A stretch of DNA of 64,000 nt from Acidobacteriota bacterium (GTDB lineage: Bacteria > Acidobacteriota > CAIWXX01). Positions 1 through 9,694 of the stretch are shown here, piece after piece. The position numbers and the translations under genes are program-made. The notes below the pieces were generated by a model. It made no database searches. It was not told where the DNA came from and saw nothing but the letters and a program-made list of their open reading frames with translations. The first letter of the stretch is position 1, and each line of letters opens with the position of its first letter. The stretch is from positions 64,001 to 128,000 of the forward strand of contig JBFMAF010000024.1 in NCBI GenBank assembly GCA_040755995.1, written 5' to 3'.

Positions 1-870
1 CTCCTTCGCGTGCTCTCGACCCCAGGGCTCTTCGCCGAGATCGAGCGCGCAGTCGGACCGTACGCTGCGAGCAACGATGAATCGTTTGCTGCAGACGAAC
101 GCCGCCTGGCCTACGCAGTCCAACTGTATGCCACGAAGAAGCCACGGCTGATGCTGATCCACCTGGATTCGCTGGATGGGGTGCAGCACAAGCAGGGGCC
201 TTACTCGCGCGACTCGTTCGAAACGATCGAGCACATCGATGCGCTCCTCGGCACCATCCGATCCAGCGCCGGCATCGACCTTCACCGCGCCATCCTCTGC
301 GTCGTCTCCGACCACGGTTTCGCCCCCGTGAGCAGGGAAGTCCGCCTGAACTTCGCTCTCCGGAACGCTGCATTGCTGACTGTGGATCAGGATGGCAAGC
401 TCACGGACTACCGGGCCATCATCCACAGTGCAGGCGGATCGGCTGCTGTCCGCCTCAAGGACCCTGGCGACCACGCTGCCCGGCTCAAGACTCGAGAACT
501 GCTCGATAGCCTCACCCGTGATCCCACCAGCGGCGTATTGCGTTTCTACGAAGGCGATCAAATCGCCGGCCTGCGCGGGTTCCCGGACGCGGATTTCGTG
601 GTCATGGCCAGGATCGGCTTCACTTTCGTGAGCAGCTTCGAGGGGCCGATTGTGAAGAGCGTCGTGCCCCGCGGCAACCACGGCTACTCGCCGGAGCTCA
701 CCGAGATGGACTCGGCCTTCTTCATCAGCGGCCCGGGAATACCAACCGGTCGTGCCCTCGGCCGAATGGACATGCGCGACGTGGCGCCGACGCTGGCAGA
801 GCTGCTCGGCGTGGAGCTGCCGGGCGCAGAGGGGCGGGACCTCCTCGCAGTGTCGAAGACCGCCCCGTGA
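1..870 (+). CDS. Alkaline-phosphatase-superfamily nucleotide pyrophosphatase/phosphodiesterase (5' partial)
   Basis: Motifs LDGVQHKQGP, VSDHGF, GNHGY and DVAPTLA are typical of NPP-family C-terminal halves; the frame is open to the window edge. Confidence 0.85.
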   Translation, partial: LLRVLSTPGLFAEIERAVGPYAASNDESFAADERRLAYAVQLYATKKPRLMLIHLDSLDGVQHKQGPYSRDSFETIEHIDALLGTIRSSAGIDLHRAILCVVSDHGFAPVSREVRLNFALRNAALLTVDQDGKLTDYRAIIHSAGGSAAVRLKDPGDHAARLKTRELLDSLTRDPTSGVLRFYEGDQIAGLRGFPDADFVVMARIGFTFVSSFEGPIVKSVVPRGNHGYSPELTEMDSAFFISGPGIPTGRALGRMDMRDVAPTLAELLGVELPGAEGRDLLAVSKTAP

Positions 871-1520
871 GAGTTTTCCGTCAAACGGAGGCATCGTTCG
901 TGAGCTTCAAGAATGAAAGACGCGTGCTTCTCTTCGCGGTGACGGCCGTGTTCATCCTGCTGGGCGTGTCGCCCAAGGCCGACCGGTTCACATGGCTGCT
1001 CGAGAATCTCCCGGTGATGCTCGGCGCCGGCGCGCTGCTCGCAACGAACAGCCGCTTTCCGCTCTCGCGGCTGACGTATCGCCTCCTGGCCGTCCACGCG
1101 GCGATCCTCATGGTCGGCGGCCATTGGACATACGCCGAAGTGCCGCTCGGATTCTGGGCGATGCGTGCGTTCGACCTCTCGCGCAATCACTACGACCGCA
1201 TCGGCCACTTCGCCCAGGGATTCGTGCCGGCGATACTGGTCCGTGAGGTGCTCCTCAGGCGCTCGCCACTGCGGCCGGGCGGCTGGGTCTTCTTCCTGGC
1301 AACCTGCGTCTGCCTCGCGCTGAGCGCCTTCTACGAATTCATCGAGTGGTGGGTCGCGCTGGCCACAGGCGAGGGCGCCACGGCGTTCCTCGGCACGCAA
1401 GGCGACGTCTGGGATGCCCAGTGGGACATGTTCCTCTGTACGATCGGGGCGATCCTCTCGCAGCTGCTGCTCGCCGGCTTCCACGATCGCAGCATGAGGG
1501 AGTTACCGGGCACGGTTTGA
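867..1520 (+). CDS. DUF2238 (YjdF-like) membrane protein
   Basis: TWLLENLP, GGHWTYAEVPLG, RNHYDRIGHF, YEFIEW and GTQGDVWDAQWDM are hallmark motifs. Confidence 0.9.
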   Translation: MRVFRQTEASFVSFKNERRVLLFAVTAVFILLGVSPKADRFTWLLENLPVMLGAGALLATNSRFPLSRLTYRLLAVHAAILMVGGHWTYAEVPLGFWAMRAFDLSRNHYDRIGHFAQGFVPAILVREVLLRRSPLRPGGWVFFLATCVCLALSAFYEFIEWWVALATGEGATAFLGTQGDVWDAQWDMFLCTIGAILSQLLLAGFHDRSMRELPGTV

Positions 1521-1557
1521 GCCTCGGCGCATGTATGGGCGCCAACGGCCGCCGCCG

Positions 1558-2325
1558 TCAGCACCGGGCCATGACGACGATGTCCGGCGAGCGGGGCGAG
1601 AAGGCAGCCAGCGCGTAGTCGGAGTAAGTGCCGATGAGGCGGTAGCCGGTATGGCGGAGCTGCCGTCGCAGCTCGGCCCGGCTCCATGCCCTCACACGAC
1701 TCACCGTCCCGCTGGCCTGCAGCTTTCCCTCTCCGCGTTCCAGCTTGAACGCCTGCAGGTCGACCATGTGTGCATGGCGCGCCACGGCCCCGAGGTGATA
1801 TGCGCGGAAGTAGATGGCCTCGGGCGTATCGCGCAGGCCGAGCGTTACCACGGAGCCGGCTTTGAGAGACTCGTAGTTGCGGACCTGGAGAAGCACCACT
1901 CCGCCGTAGCCCATGAGCCGGCGCATGGCTCGGAGCACGGCCTGGAGCTCGGGCACGGTCCTGATGGAGGCCAGCGTGTTCCCGATGCTCATCACGACAT
2001 CGTATCTGCCCCTCAACTCACCGAGAGACTCTGCGAACCGGATTCCCATCCCGTCCGCATTCCGTTGGGCGATATCGAGCATCTCGCGGCTGTTGTCGAC
2101 CCCAGCCACGCGGTACCCGAGCTTCCTGAGCTCGATCGCGTGCCTCCCCGTGCCACAACCGAAATCGACCAGAGACTCCACGAGATGCCGGCGCCAGATC
2201 GCGTCGATGAGCGGGATCTCGCGGCTGAGGCGCTGATCCCAGTCGATCATCCGATCGTAGTCCGCGGCGATGCTGTCGAAGACCGGCGGCCCGAAGTTCC
2301 GCTTGAGGCGTGCGGTATTGCTCAA
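1558..2325 (-). CDS. Class I SAM-dependent methyltransferase
   Basis: VDFGCGTG motif I; start placed at TTG 2325, which overlaps the upstream TGA (TTGA coupling). Confidence 0.8.
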   Translation of the reverse strand: MSNTARLKRNFGPPVFDSIAADYDRMIDWDQRLSREIPLIDAIWRRHLVESLVDFGCGTGRHAIELRKLGYRVAGVDNSREMLDIAQRNADGMGIRFAESLGELRGRYDVVMSIGNTLASIRTVPELQAVLRAMRRLMGYGGVVLLQVRNYESLKAGSVVTLGLRDTPEAIYFRAYHLGAVARHAHMVDLQAFKLERGEGKLQASGTVSRVRAWSRAELRRQLRHTGYRLIGTYSDYALAAFSPRSPDIVVMARC

Positions 2326-2714
2326 AATTCCACCTCGAAGTCGGTTTCGCCCAGTACATCGCGGATTTTGGCCACGAGCGCCGCGTAATCGCCTGTTTTC
2401 TGGACGAGGCCGGCGGCCCCGGCCCGCATGCACTCCTCGATCAGGGCGGCATCGGCCTGCGAGGAGTAGATGACGACCGGGATACGGGCTGTGACCGGGT
2501 TGCCCCGCAGCTCTTCAACGACTCGATCCCCGCACATGCCGGGCAGCGTGTAGTCGCAGAGCACCACCGCCGGACGGCTGCGAATCGCTAGCTCGATGCC
2601 GCTGTAGCCGTTGTCCGCGCTGATGCTGTTGTATCCGGCCTTGGCCAGCTCGCGCGCCGTCCGCGCGACCTGGACCTTGCTGTCGTCGATAATCAGTATG
2701 GTCTGTCCCGGCAT
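2322..2714 (-). CDS. Single-domain response regulator (receiver)
   Basis: ILIIDDS, VLCDYTLPG, IPVVIYSS and terminal K are receiver motifs. Confidence 0.9.
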   Translation of the reverse strand: MPGQTILIIDDSKVQVARTARELAKAGYNSISADNGYSGIELAIRSRPAVVLCDYTLPGMCGDRVVEELRGNPVTARIPVVIYSSQADAALIEECMRAGAAGLVQKTGDYAALVAKIRDVLGETDFEVEF

Positions 2715-2999
2715 CGGCAGCTAGCTTAACGCTACAGCCCCCGGCCGTCAAACCATGGTTCACGGTTCGGCGTCGGATCAGTTGATAGTTGTCGGTCGTC
2801 AGTTGACGAGCAGGCGCCTTTCCTACAGGCCCGACGTCACACGACCTATCTCGATCCCGGCCCCGGGACCGACCCGCATGCCGCTGCTGATTCCCCGGAC
2901 GGAGGCGTTGATGTTGATGATCACGCGTTCTTTGATTTCCTCGCACGGTTGCGCTAGTGTAGAGAACCGCTTGACACAGGCGACAAAGGAGACGAATTC

Positions 3000-4217
3000 A
3001 TGCAGAAGCTGAGCGCGAAGAGCAGGAAATTCATCGACATGATCGAGAAGTATGGGGCTCATAACTACCATCCGCTGCCCCTGGTGATCACAAAGGCCAA
3101 GGGCGTCTGGGTCTGGGACCCGGACGGCAAGAAATACATGGACATGCTCTCCTCATACTCGGCGCTCAACCAGGGCCACATGCACCCGAGGATCGTCGCG
3201 GCCGCTAAAGCTCAATTATCATCTGCGACCCTCACGTCGCGGGCATTCTACAATGACCAGATGGGACCGTTCCTGAAGAAGGCTGTCAACCTGTGCCGGA
3301 TGGAGGCAGCGCTGCCGATGAACACCGGCGCCGAAGCCGTCGAGACCGCGATCAAGACGGCGCGGAAGTGGGGATACAAGAAGAAGGGCGTGGCCGATGA
3401 CAAGGCCGAGATCATCTGCTGCGAAAACAACTTCCACGGACGCACGTCGACCATAGTCGGCTTCTCGTCGGATTTCCAGTACCGTGACGGATTCGGCCCC
3501 TTTGCGCCGGGCTTCAAGCTCATACCGTTCGGCGACCTCGATGCCCTGCGCGCCGCCGTCACGGAAAACACGGTGGGATTCCTGGTGGAACCGATCCAGG
3601 CGGAGGCGGGCATCCTGATGCCGCCCGACGGATACCTGCGCGGCGCGCGGGCCGTATGCAGTGAGAAGAAAATCCTCTTCATCCTCGACGAGATCCAGAC
3701 CGGTCTCGCGCGGACGGGCAAGATGTTCGCGTGGGAACACGAGGGCCCCGAGGCCAAGCCCGACATGATCATTCTCGGCAAGGCGCTGGGCGGCGGAATC
3801 GTCCCGGTCTCGCTCGTCGTCTCGAGCTGGGACGTGATGGACGTATACAAGCCGGGTGACCACGGAAGCACTTTCGGCGGCAACCCGCTCGCCTGCGCCG
3901 TCGGCATTGCGGCTCTGGAGGTGCTGGTGAAGGAGAAGCTGGTGACCGCGTCGAAGAAGATGGGCGCCTACTTCATGTCTCGGCTCCAGCAGCTGAACAG
4001 CCCTCACGTCAAGGAGATCCGCGGCCGCGGGCTGCTCATCGGCGTCGAGATCAAGGCCGAGAGAGGGAAGGCGCGCCCTTACTGCGAAGCGCTCATGGAG
4101 AAGGGTGTGCTCTGCAAGGAGACCCACGAAAGCGTCATCCGGTTCGCCCCGCCGCTGACCATCACCAAGAACGAAATCGACTGGGCCGTCGATCGCGTGC
4201 GCGAGGTCCTCTGCTAG
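3000..4217 (+). CDS. rocD: Ornithine--oxo-acid aminotransferase
   Basis: GAHNYHPLP, YSALNQGH, DEIQTGLARTG, LGKALGGG and HGSTFGGNPL; RBS AAGGAG. Confidence 0.95.
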   Translation: MQKLSAKSRKFIDMIEKYGAHNYHPLPLVITKAKGVWVWDPDGKKYMDMLSSYSALNQGHMHPRIVAAAKAQLSSATLTSRAFYNDQMGPFLKKAVNLCRMEAALPMNTGAEAVETAIKTARKWGYKKKGVADDKAEIICCENNFHGRTSTIVGFSSDFQYRDGFGPFAPGFKLIPFGDLDALRAAVTENTVGFLVEPIQAEAGILMPPDGYLRGARAVCSEKKILFILDEIQTGLARTGKMFAWEHEGPEAKPDMIILGKALGGGIVPVSLVVSSWDVMDVYKPGDHGSTFGGNPLACAVGIAALEVLVKEKLVTASKKMGAYFMSRLQQLNSPHVKEIRGRGLLIGVEIKAERGKARPYCEALMEKGVLCKETHESVIRFAPPLTITKNEIDWAVDRVREVLC

Positions 4218-4387
4218 TTCTGTATGAGGCGAGAACCGCGTCCCACGTACTCGTTCCCGTACACGATTGCGGCCCCGGAGAGCTACGGGTACTGGCCTTC
4301 GGCCTCGGCGCCGGTACTTCAACAGCCAGTCGGTCCGAGTCGGAGCCTCGCTAGCAGCGGGGCGAGAGGGGTCAGGTCGGAGGCCCG

Positions 4388-5653
4388 ATGAGCACCCACC
4401 CAGGTCCTCGCCGGATAATCACGATCGCGTCGGCGAAGGGTGGAGTGGGCAAGACGACCCTCGCGATCAACTACGGCCTCGCGCTGAGCGACTACGGCAA
4501 GACTGTGCTCTTCGACTTCGACTTCGAGACCGGGTCCGTGCGCTCCTTTCTGGACATGGACTTCGACAGGGACCTCTATCATTTCCTCCGGAAGGGAGAT
4601 TCACTGGAGAGCTGCGTGGTGCCGCTGCCGAAGCGGCTCGATCCGCAGCAGCGCTACCCCAATTTCGGCGTCATCGCCTCGCCAAGGCACTTCATGGAGG
4701 AGTGGACGCGCGTCAAGCGGCCTACGCAGCACCGCCTCGCGGGCGCGATACACCGGCTGCCGGTCGACTACGTGATCCTCGACATGAAGGCCGGGCTCTC
4801 CGACGAGATCATCGACGCCATGCCTTACTCGAATTCCGGCATCCTTATCTTCACCCCTCGCCTGCTTGCCGCAACCTCCGCCGCCGCCTACCTCGTGAAG
4901 GCGCAGCTCTTCCGCAAGCTCCAGGTCATGTTCTCGCCGCATTCTCCGATTGTCGAGGGGCTCTCGTACCTCCAGGTCTCCGAGATCCAGGCGCTGCTGC
5001 ATCGCGCCGACGACGTCTACGACAGGGAGATCCAGAATCTTGACACGGTCTTCGACATTCTACAGAAGAAGTTCGGCGAACACCCGGTCGTCACGGCCAT
5101 GGCCCGCACACTGGGAACTTTCCAGGTGCACTATGTCTTGAACCATTTCACCGGTGTCGAAGAGTCGTATCAGAAGGCGGTGAAGCCTTTCGTCGAAGCG
5201 CTCACAGAGATCGTGTCGTCGCGCCTCAAGGTGCGGAACCTGGGCTGGGTGCAGTACCACGAGTCGATCCACGACGCCAACTGCCGCCGGGTGCCGGTGA
5301 TGCTGGGTGGAGGCGTCTCGCGGCAGGCGGCTGAGGCGGCGAAGCAGCGTGAGGTCTTGCTGGAGCTGGCCGAGCTGGCCGATGCGCCTCGGTTGGGCAG
5401 GCGACCCGGACCCGCCAAGAAACCTGCGCTCGACCGGTACCTGGCCGAGCAGCTCGGGCAGCTCGAAGCCACCTACGGCCGGATGAAGAACCGGAGCATC
5501 CCGGAGGATTTCGACTACATCGCCGCCGCCAGCATCCACCTGATGCAGGCGGAAAGACCCTATCACTTCGGCGACGTGCGCATCCTGGACGCCGCGGATC
5601 TGCAGCGAATGATCCTCGATTTCCATCGCCAGGGGGCGGCGCAGGGGAGTTGA
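4388..5653 (+). CDS. MinD/FlhG/ParA-family ATPase with long insertion and extension
   Basis: Deviant Walker A SAKGGVGKTT, VLFDFD, YVILDMKAG; 421 aa. Confidence 0.8.
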   Translation: MSTHPGPRRIITIASAKGGVGKTTLAINYGLALSDYGKTVLFDFDFETGSVRSFLDMDFDRDLYHFLRKGDSLESCVVPLPKRLDPQQRYPNFGVIASPRHFMEEWTRVKRPTQHRLAGAIHRLPVDYVILDMKAGLSDEIIDAMPYSNSGILIFTPRLLAATSAAAYLVKAQLFRKLQVMFSPHSPIVEGLSYLQVSEIQALLHRADDVYDREIQNLDTVFDILQKKFGEHPVVTAMARTLGTFQVHYVLNHFTGVEESYQKAVKPFVEALTEIVSSRLKVRNLGWVQYHESIHDANCRRVPVMLGGGVSRQAAEAAKQREVLLELAELADAPRLGRRPGPAKKPALDRYLAEQLGQLEATYGRMKNRSIPEDFDYIAAASIHLMQAERPYHFGDVRILDAADLQRMILDFHRQGAAQGS

Positions 5654-5682
5654 GGCGGAGGCGCCGGGCGACAGGGGTCTCG

Positions 5683-6618
5683 TCAGATCAGTGCCGACCG
5701 AAGTGCCATCGCACACGCGATGGCGAGCAGCCCCGCGAGCGCGACCGTGGCGACCCGCCACACTCCTTCTCGTCTCCTCCTGATCTCCTCCCGCTGCTCC
5801 ACGAGGGCTCCCAAGATCATCCCCGTCGCGAGACCGCCCAGGTGGGCCAGGTTGTCGGCTCCCACGAGCAGTCCGAACACAAACCCATAGATCGCCCACC
5901 GCACCATGAACGCCTTCACATCGCGCCCGCGTGCACTCTTGAGGCGATGGAAGTAGGCGATCGAAAAGCCGATCAGGCCGAAGAGCGCACCCGACGCGCC
6001 GGCTACGACAACCGGGTAGGGTCGCAAGAACAGCGTCGCCAGCGATCCCCCGAGACCGGTCAGGAGGAAGACGCAGAAGTAGCGGCTCGATCCTATCTCC
6101 TCTTCGAGGAAGGTCGAGACGCTCAGGAGCGCCATCGTGTTGAAGCCCAGATGAATGATGCCGATATGAAGGAACATGCACGTGAGCAGCCGCCACCATT
6201 CGCCGGCGAAGACGGCTGGAGAGTACAACGCACCCATGCGAACAAGAAGCTCCGGCGGCGGCGCAAGCAGACTCAGCCAGCCTCCCTGTAGAATCGTGGC
6301 TCCGAAGCCGAGGAAGATCAGTCCGGACAGGACGCCTGTGGTGACGGCCATGCCGGGCATGACGAGGCCGAAGACGCGATACAGAAACCAGGCGAAGGAC
6401 GATGGCAGGGAGCGCCCGCAGACCTCACACTTCCGCTGGTCGCCGGCGGCGAGAGCGCCGCAGCGACAGACCTTCTGCGTCGTGCGCAGGCGTCTGGCGA
6501 CGTTGCTGTCGGCGCAGAAGGCGTAGGCGACGCGCCCCTTGAAGTTCCTCCACCTCCACTGCCACCATACCCAGCTGATGCCGAGTGACTCCAGAAGCCG
6601 CTTCAACGACTCATTCAT
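5683..6618 (-). CDS. Rhomboid intramembrane serine protease with N-terminal Cys cluster
   Basis: EWWRLLT, HLGFN, GASG catalytic Ser and AHLGG His; start ATG 6618 overlaps the upstream stop (ATGA). Confidence 0.9.
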   Translation of the reverse strand: MNESLKRLLESLGISWVWWQWRWRNFKGRVAYAFCADSNVARRLRTTQKVCRCGALAAGDQRKCEVCGRSLPSSFAWFLYRVFGLVMPGMAVTTGVLSGLIFLGFGATILQGGWLSLLAPPPELLVRMGALYSPAVFAGEWWRLLTCMFLHIGIIHLGFNTMALLSVSTFLEEEIGSSRYFCVFLLTGLGGSLATLFLRPYPVVVAGASGALFGLIGFSIAYFHRLKSARGRDVKAFMVRWAIYGFVFGLLVGADNLAHLGGLATGMILGALVEQREEIRRRREGVWRVATVALAGLLAIACAMALRSALI

Positions 6619-8909
6619 GACCCGCTCCCCTCGAACTCCATGTCCACGAAAACCCCCAGCAGGCGCGTGTCTCCGCCCTGGCGAGGGACGAACCCCTTCG
6701 GGGTCCTGATCATGACTCGATACAGCCTCTTCCGGTCCCACCAGCGGTAGGTCCACGGCAGGGGGATCAGAAACCTCTGATCTCCGTCAATGCCCATTTC
6801 CTGACAGATGGTTCGATTGTAGACCTCGAGCGTGAGCCGGTTGGGCGACGGGGACGAAACGGCCAGCTGGATCGAGTGAGGCAGCGATTCCGACTCCACG
6901 AGCACCTCCGTCGACCGGCCTCCCTTCGTCCAGAAGCCGCCCAGCTCGGGGCCGAAGTTAGTCGAATCCATGCGATGTATCCGGGCGGCGCGAAGCGATT
7001 CGGCGGGCCCGTCGAGTGCGTAACCGGGTTCCAGCAAGTTCGTCACCCCGATCACGACGGTGCCCGCACAGATCAGAATCACGCCGGCGAGGGACGATCG
7101 GGACCCGGCCACCGGCTCGCGCGACCTTCTCAGACTTCGCACAAACAGAATCATCATCACGGCGAAGACGCCCAGCCAGCTCCACACGGCCGCATGATTG
7201 AACCGGCCCCTCTCGAGGAACTGCGGCACGAGCGTCGTCAGATTGAGATATGGAGTGGACAGATAGCTGAGGAAGAGGCTCCACCCCTCCCAGTTGTGGT
7301 TGCTGATCGTGTCATACAGCAGATAGCTGTTCTGGAGCAGGACGAGCGTCGCGAGGCCGGTGACCACCAGAAGGGTGTTCTGCAGGACCTTCCAGGCGCC
7401 TCGCGACCATCCCAGAAACGCCGCGATGAACACAGCCAGCAGCGGCGTGATCGAGACCATCGGGCGGCTGGGAGGTGCCTGCCCACCCCAGCTCATGTTC
7501 CACGCATAGAAGAGCACGTAGAATGATACGATGGCGGCCACGACCCAGCCCGACCTGCGGTCGCGGTGCCAGAACAGGATGGCGCCCGGAAACGCCAGCA
7601 GGTAGATTGGGGAGAACACCAGGAGCCCGACGCGCTGGTCGTAGAAGTAGCCAAGCAGCGCCCGGGAACGTTCGAGCACCGTGCCGGCGGAGATTCCCTG
7701 CATGTCCTCAGGGCCGCGATTCCACGGCGGGTGATAGATAGCCTTCGGCGAGTAAGCGCCATAGTAGTGCCCCAGGAAGAGAAGAAGGAGGCCGGCGGAG
7801 AGCGCCAGAGGCAGAAGAAACACTACATATGTAGTAATCCTCCGATCGCCCTCCCCGAGGCGCAGGATCGCGAAGACCAGCGTGAAAATGACCGCGAAGA
7901 TCGCATACTTCGTCCCCAGCCACGGCATAGCCGCGAGGCACACGGAGGCCAGCAGATAGGCGATCGGCCTCCGCCTCTGGAGGATGAGCCGGAGGGCCGT
8001 GACCATGAGCAGACCGGCGAGGACCTCGGGGTAGACGCACCGGGAGTAGAACACCAGCGGAGGCGCAAGCGCCAGGATGGCCGTAGCGCCCAAGGCCTGT
8101 TTCGCGTTCGCGAGAAGCAGCAGCACGAGGAGAAACGCCTGCGACACCAACAGCGCCGTGTAGAAGCTCATGCCCGCACGAATGAAGAAGTGCATCCACG
8201 GCGGGTCCATCCGATGCGAGACCCAATAGAACGGGACCAGCGAGACGGCGGTGCCCGGCATGTGAATGGAGTAGCTCCACTGGCGTTGCCGGTCCTTGGC
8301 GTGCGTGTGCGCCTCCATCTCGCCCGGGTAGAACCGCCGGTAGTCCTTGTTCAGATAGTAGTTGTCGTAGAGGTTCGTGTCGCCTTCGTGAACAATCGAG
8401 TGAGTCAGGATGAGGTAGTGAGGCTCGTCTCCGGTGAAGGGGAAAACGGGAAAGAGCAGATTGGAGCTCAGGAACAGGTAGATCACGAGCGCCGCGCCGA
8501 ACACAGTCCACGCCTGCGTTCGCGGCGAGGCCGCTGCGAACCGGTCGAGCGCCCGCCGGGCTGCATCCAGTCCCGGCCAGCGGGCGGCGATGACGCAACG
8601 CAGAACAAGCGATGCGGCCAGCGCGAAGACCAGCGTCGGGATGACCTCGTTGTTGGCAAGGAAGAAGCACGGCTTGAGCGGCTGAAGGATCAGCACGAGC
8701 AACGGCAGGTTGACCATCGCTTCGAACCTGGCAGTGTGTGCCCTGGCCAGCAGAACCGCCAGCAGCCCGGCTCCAACCAGAAGCGGAATCAGCCACGCCG
8801 GCGCGAAGAAGCCTTCGGGGCGATTGATATCCCAGCTCCGGAAGAGCCACCACCCGCGTATTCCGAACGCGAGCGCTACACTCTCGATCGCCAGCAGCAC
8901 CACGAACAT
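6615..8909 (-). CDS. Polytopic membrane protein, probable GT-C-fold glycosyltransferase
   Basis: GDEPHY motif after an early TM helix, YPEV motif, many TM segments; start uncertain. Confidence 0.6.
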   Translation of the reverse strand: MFVVLLAIESVALAFGIRGWWLFRSWDINRPEGFFAPAWLIPLLVGAGLLAVLLARAHTARFEAMVNLPLLVLILQPLKPCFFLANNEVIPTLVFALAASLVLRCVIAARWPGLDAARRALDRFAAASPRTQAWTVFGAALVIYLFLSSNLLFPVFPFTGDEPHYLILTHSIVHEGDTNLYDNYYLNKDYRRFYPGEMEAHTHAKDRQRQWSYSIHMPGTAVSLVPFYWVSHRMDPPWMHFFIRAGMSFYTALLVSQAFLLVLLLLANAKQALGATAILALAPPLVFYSRCVYPEVLAGLLMVTALRLILQRRRPIAYLLASVCLAAMPWLGTKYAIFAVIFTLVFAILRLGEGDRRITTYVVFLLPLALSAGLLLLFLGHYYGAYSPKAIYHPPWNRGPEDMQGISAGTVLERSRALLGYFYDQRVGLLVFSPIYLLAFPGAILFWHRDRRSGWVVAAIVSFYVLFYAWNMSWGGQAPPSRPMVSITPLLAVFIAAFLGWSRGAWKVLQNTLLVVTGLATLVLLQNSYLLYDTISNHNWEGWSLFLSYLSTPYLNLTTLVPQFLERGRFNHAAVWSWLGVFAVMMILFVRSLRRSREPVAGSRSSLAGVILICAGTVVIGVTNLLEPGYALDGPAESLRAARIHRMDSTNFGPELGGFWTKGGRSTEVLVESESLPHSIQLAVSSPSPNRLTLEVYNRTICQEMGIDGDQRFLIPLPWTYRWWDRKRLYRVMIRTPKGFVPRQGGDTRLLGVFVDMEFEGSGS

Positions 8910-9130
8910 GTGGCGAATTGTAGGGCGTGGGCTCCGCGCAGTCAACGAGCGGCGCTGTATGCGCGTGGGGGTAGGGGGTACGTGGGGAGGGCTGGGGCCA
9001 TCCCCGCGAATACAGCGCGTCACACATTGCGTCCACTCGTTCAACCTATCGTGGACTTGTGATGCGCTGTATACCCGCGGCACTTGATATCTCGCCGGCG
9101 GCGGCTATGTTCTGCTCGATGGAGGATTGA

Positions 9131-9640
9131 ATGAAGACAATGTTGGTTCTGTTTTGTATGGCGCTCATCGCCCGTCAGGCCGTGGCGCTGGCCGTCAACG
9201 ATCTGGCACCAGACTTCAATGCACCGTCGACCAGCGGTGAGACCATACGGCTATCGGGCCTCAAGGGGTCGTGGGTCGTGCTGTACTTCTACCCCAAGGC
9301 GTTCACCCCCGGCTGCACCAAGGAATCGTGTTCGCTGAGAGACGGATACGCGTACGTGCAGAAACAGGGGGCGAAGATCCTCGGCGTGAGCCTCGACGAC
9401 ATCGAAACCCAGACGAGGTTCAAGAAGGAATACGCGCTGCCGTTCGACCTGATCAGCGATTCGAAGAAGGAGATCTCGAAGGCGTACGGCACGCTCGGTG
9501 CCATGGCCGCGTACTCCGAGCGGAAGACGTTCATCATCTCGCCCGACGGCAAGATTGCGCACATCTTTGACAAGGTCAACGTCGACGATCACGACGCCGA
9601 GGTGGTGGCGATGCTGGAGAAGCTGAAGGCGGGGAAGTAG
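9131..9640 (+). CDS. bcp: Peroxiredoxin (BCP/PrxQ) with signal peptide
   Basis: LYFYPKAFTPGCTKESC; RBS GGAGG. Confidence 0.9.
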   Translation: MKTMLVLFCMALIARQAVALAVNDLAPDFNAPSTSGETIRLSGLKGSWVVLYFYPKAFTPGCTKESCSLRDGYAYVQKQGAKILGVSLDDIETQTRFKKEYALPFDLISDSKKEISKAYGTLGAMAAYSERKTFIISPDGKIAHIFDKVNVDDHDAEVVAMLEKLKAGK

Positions 9641-9694
9641 CACCCGGCGCAGCTCCGATGCCGCGACAGCGAAAACCCCGCCGCGAAGGTTTTC

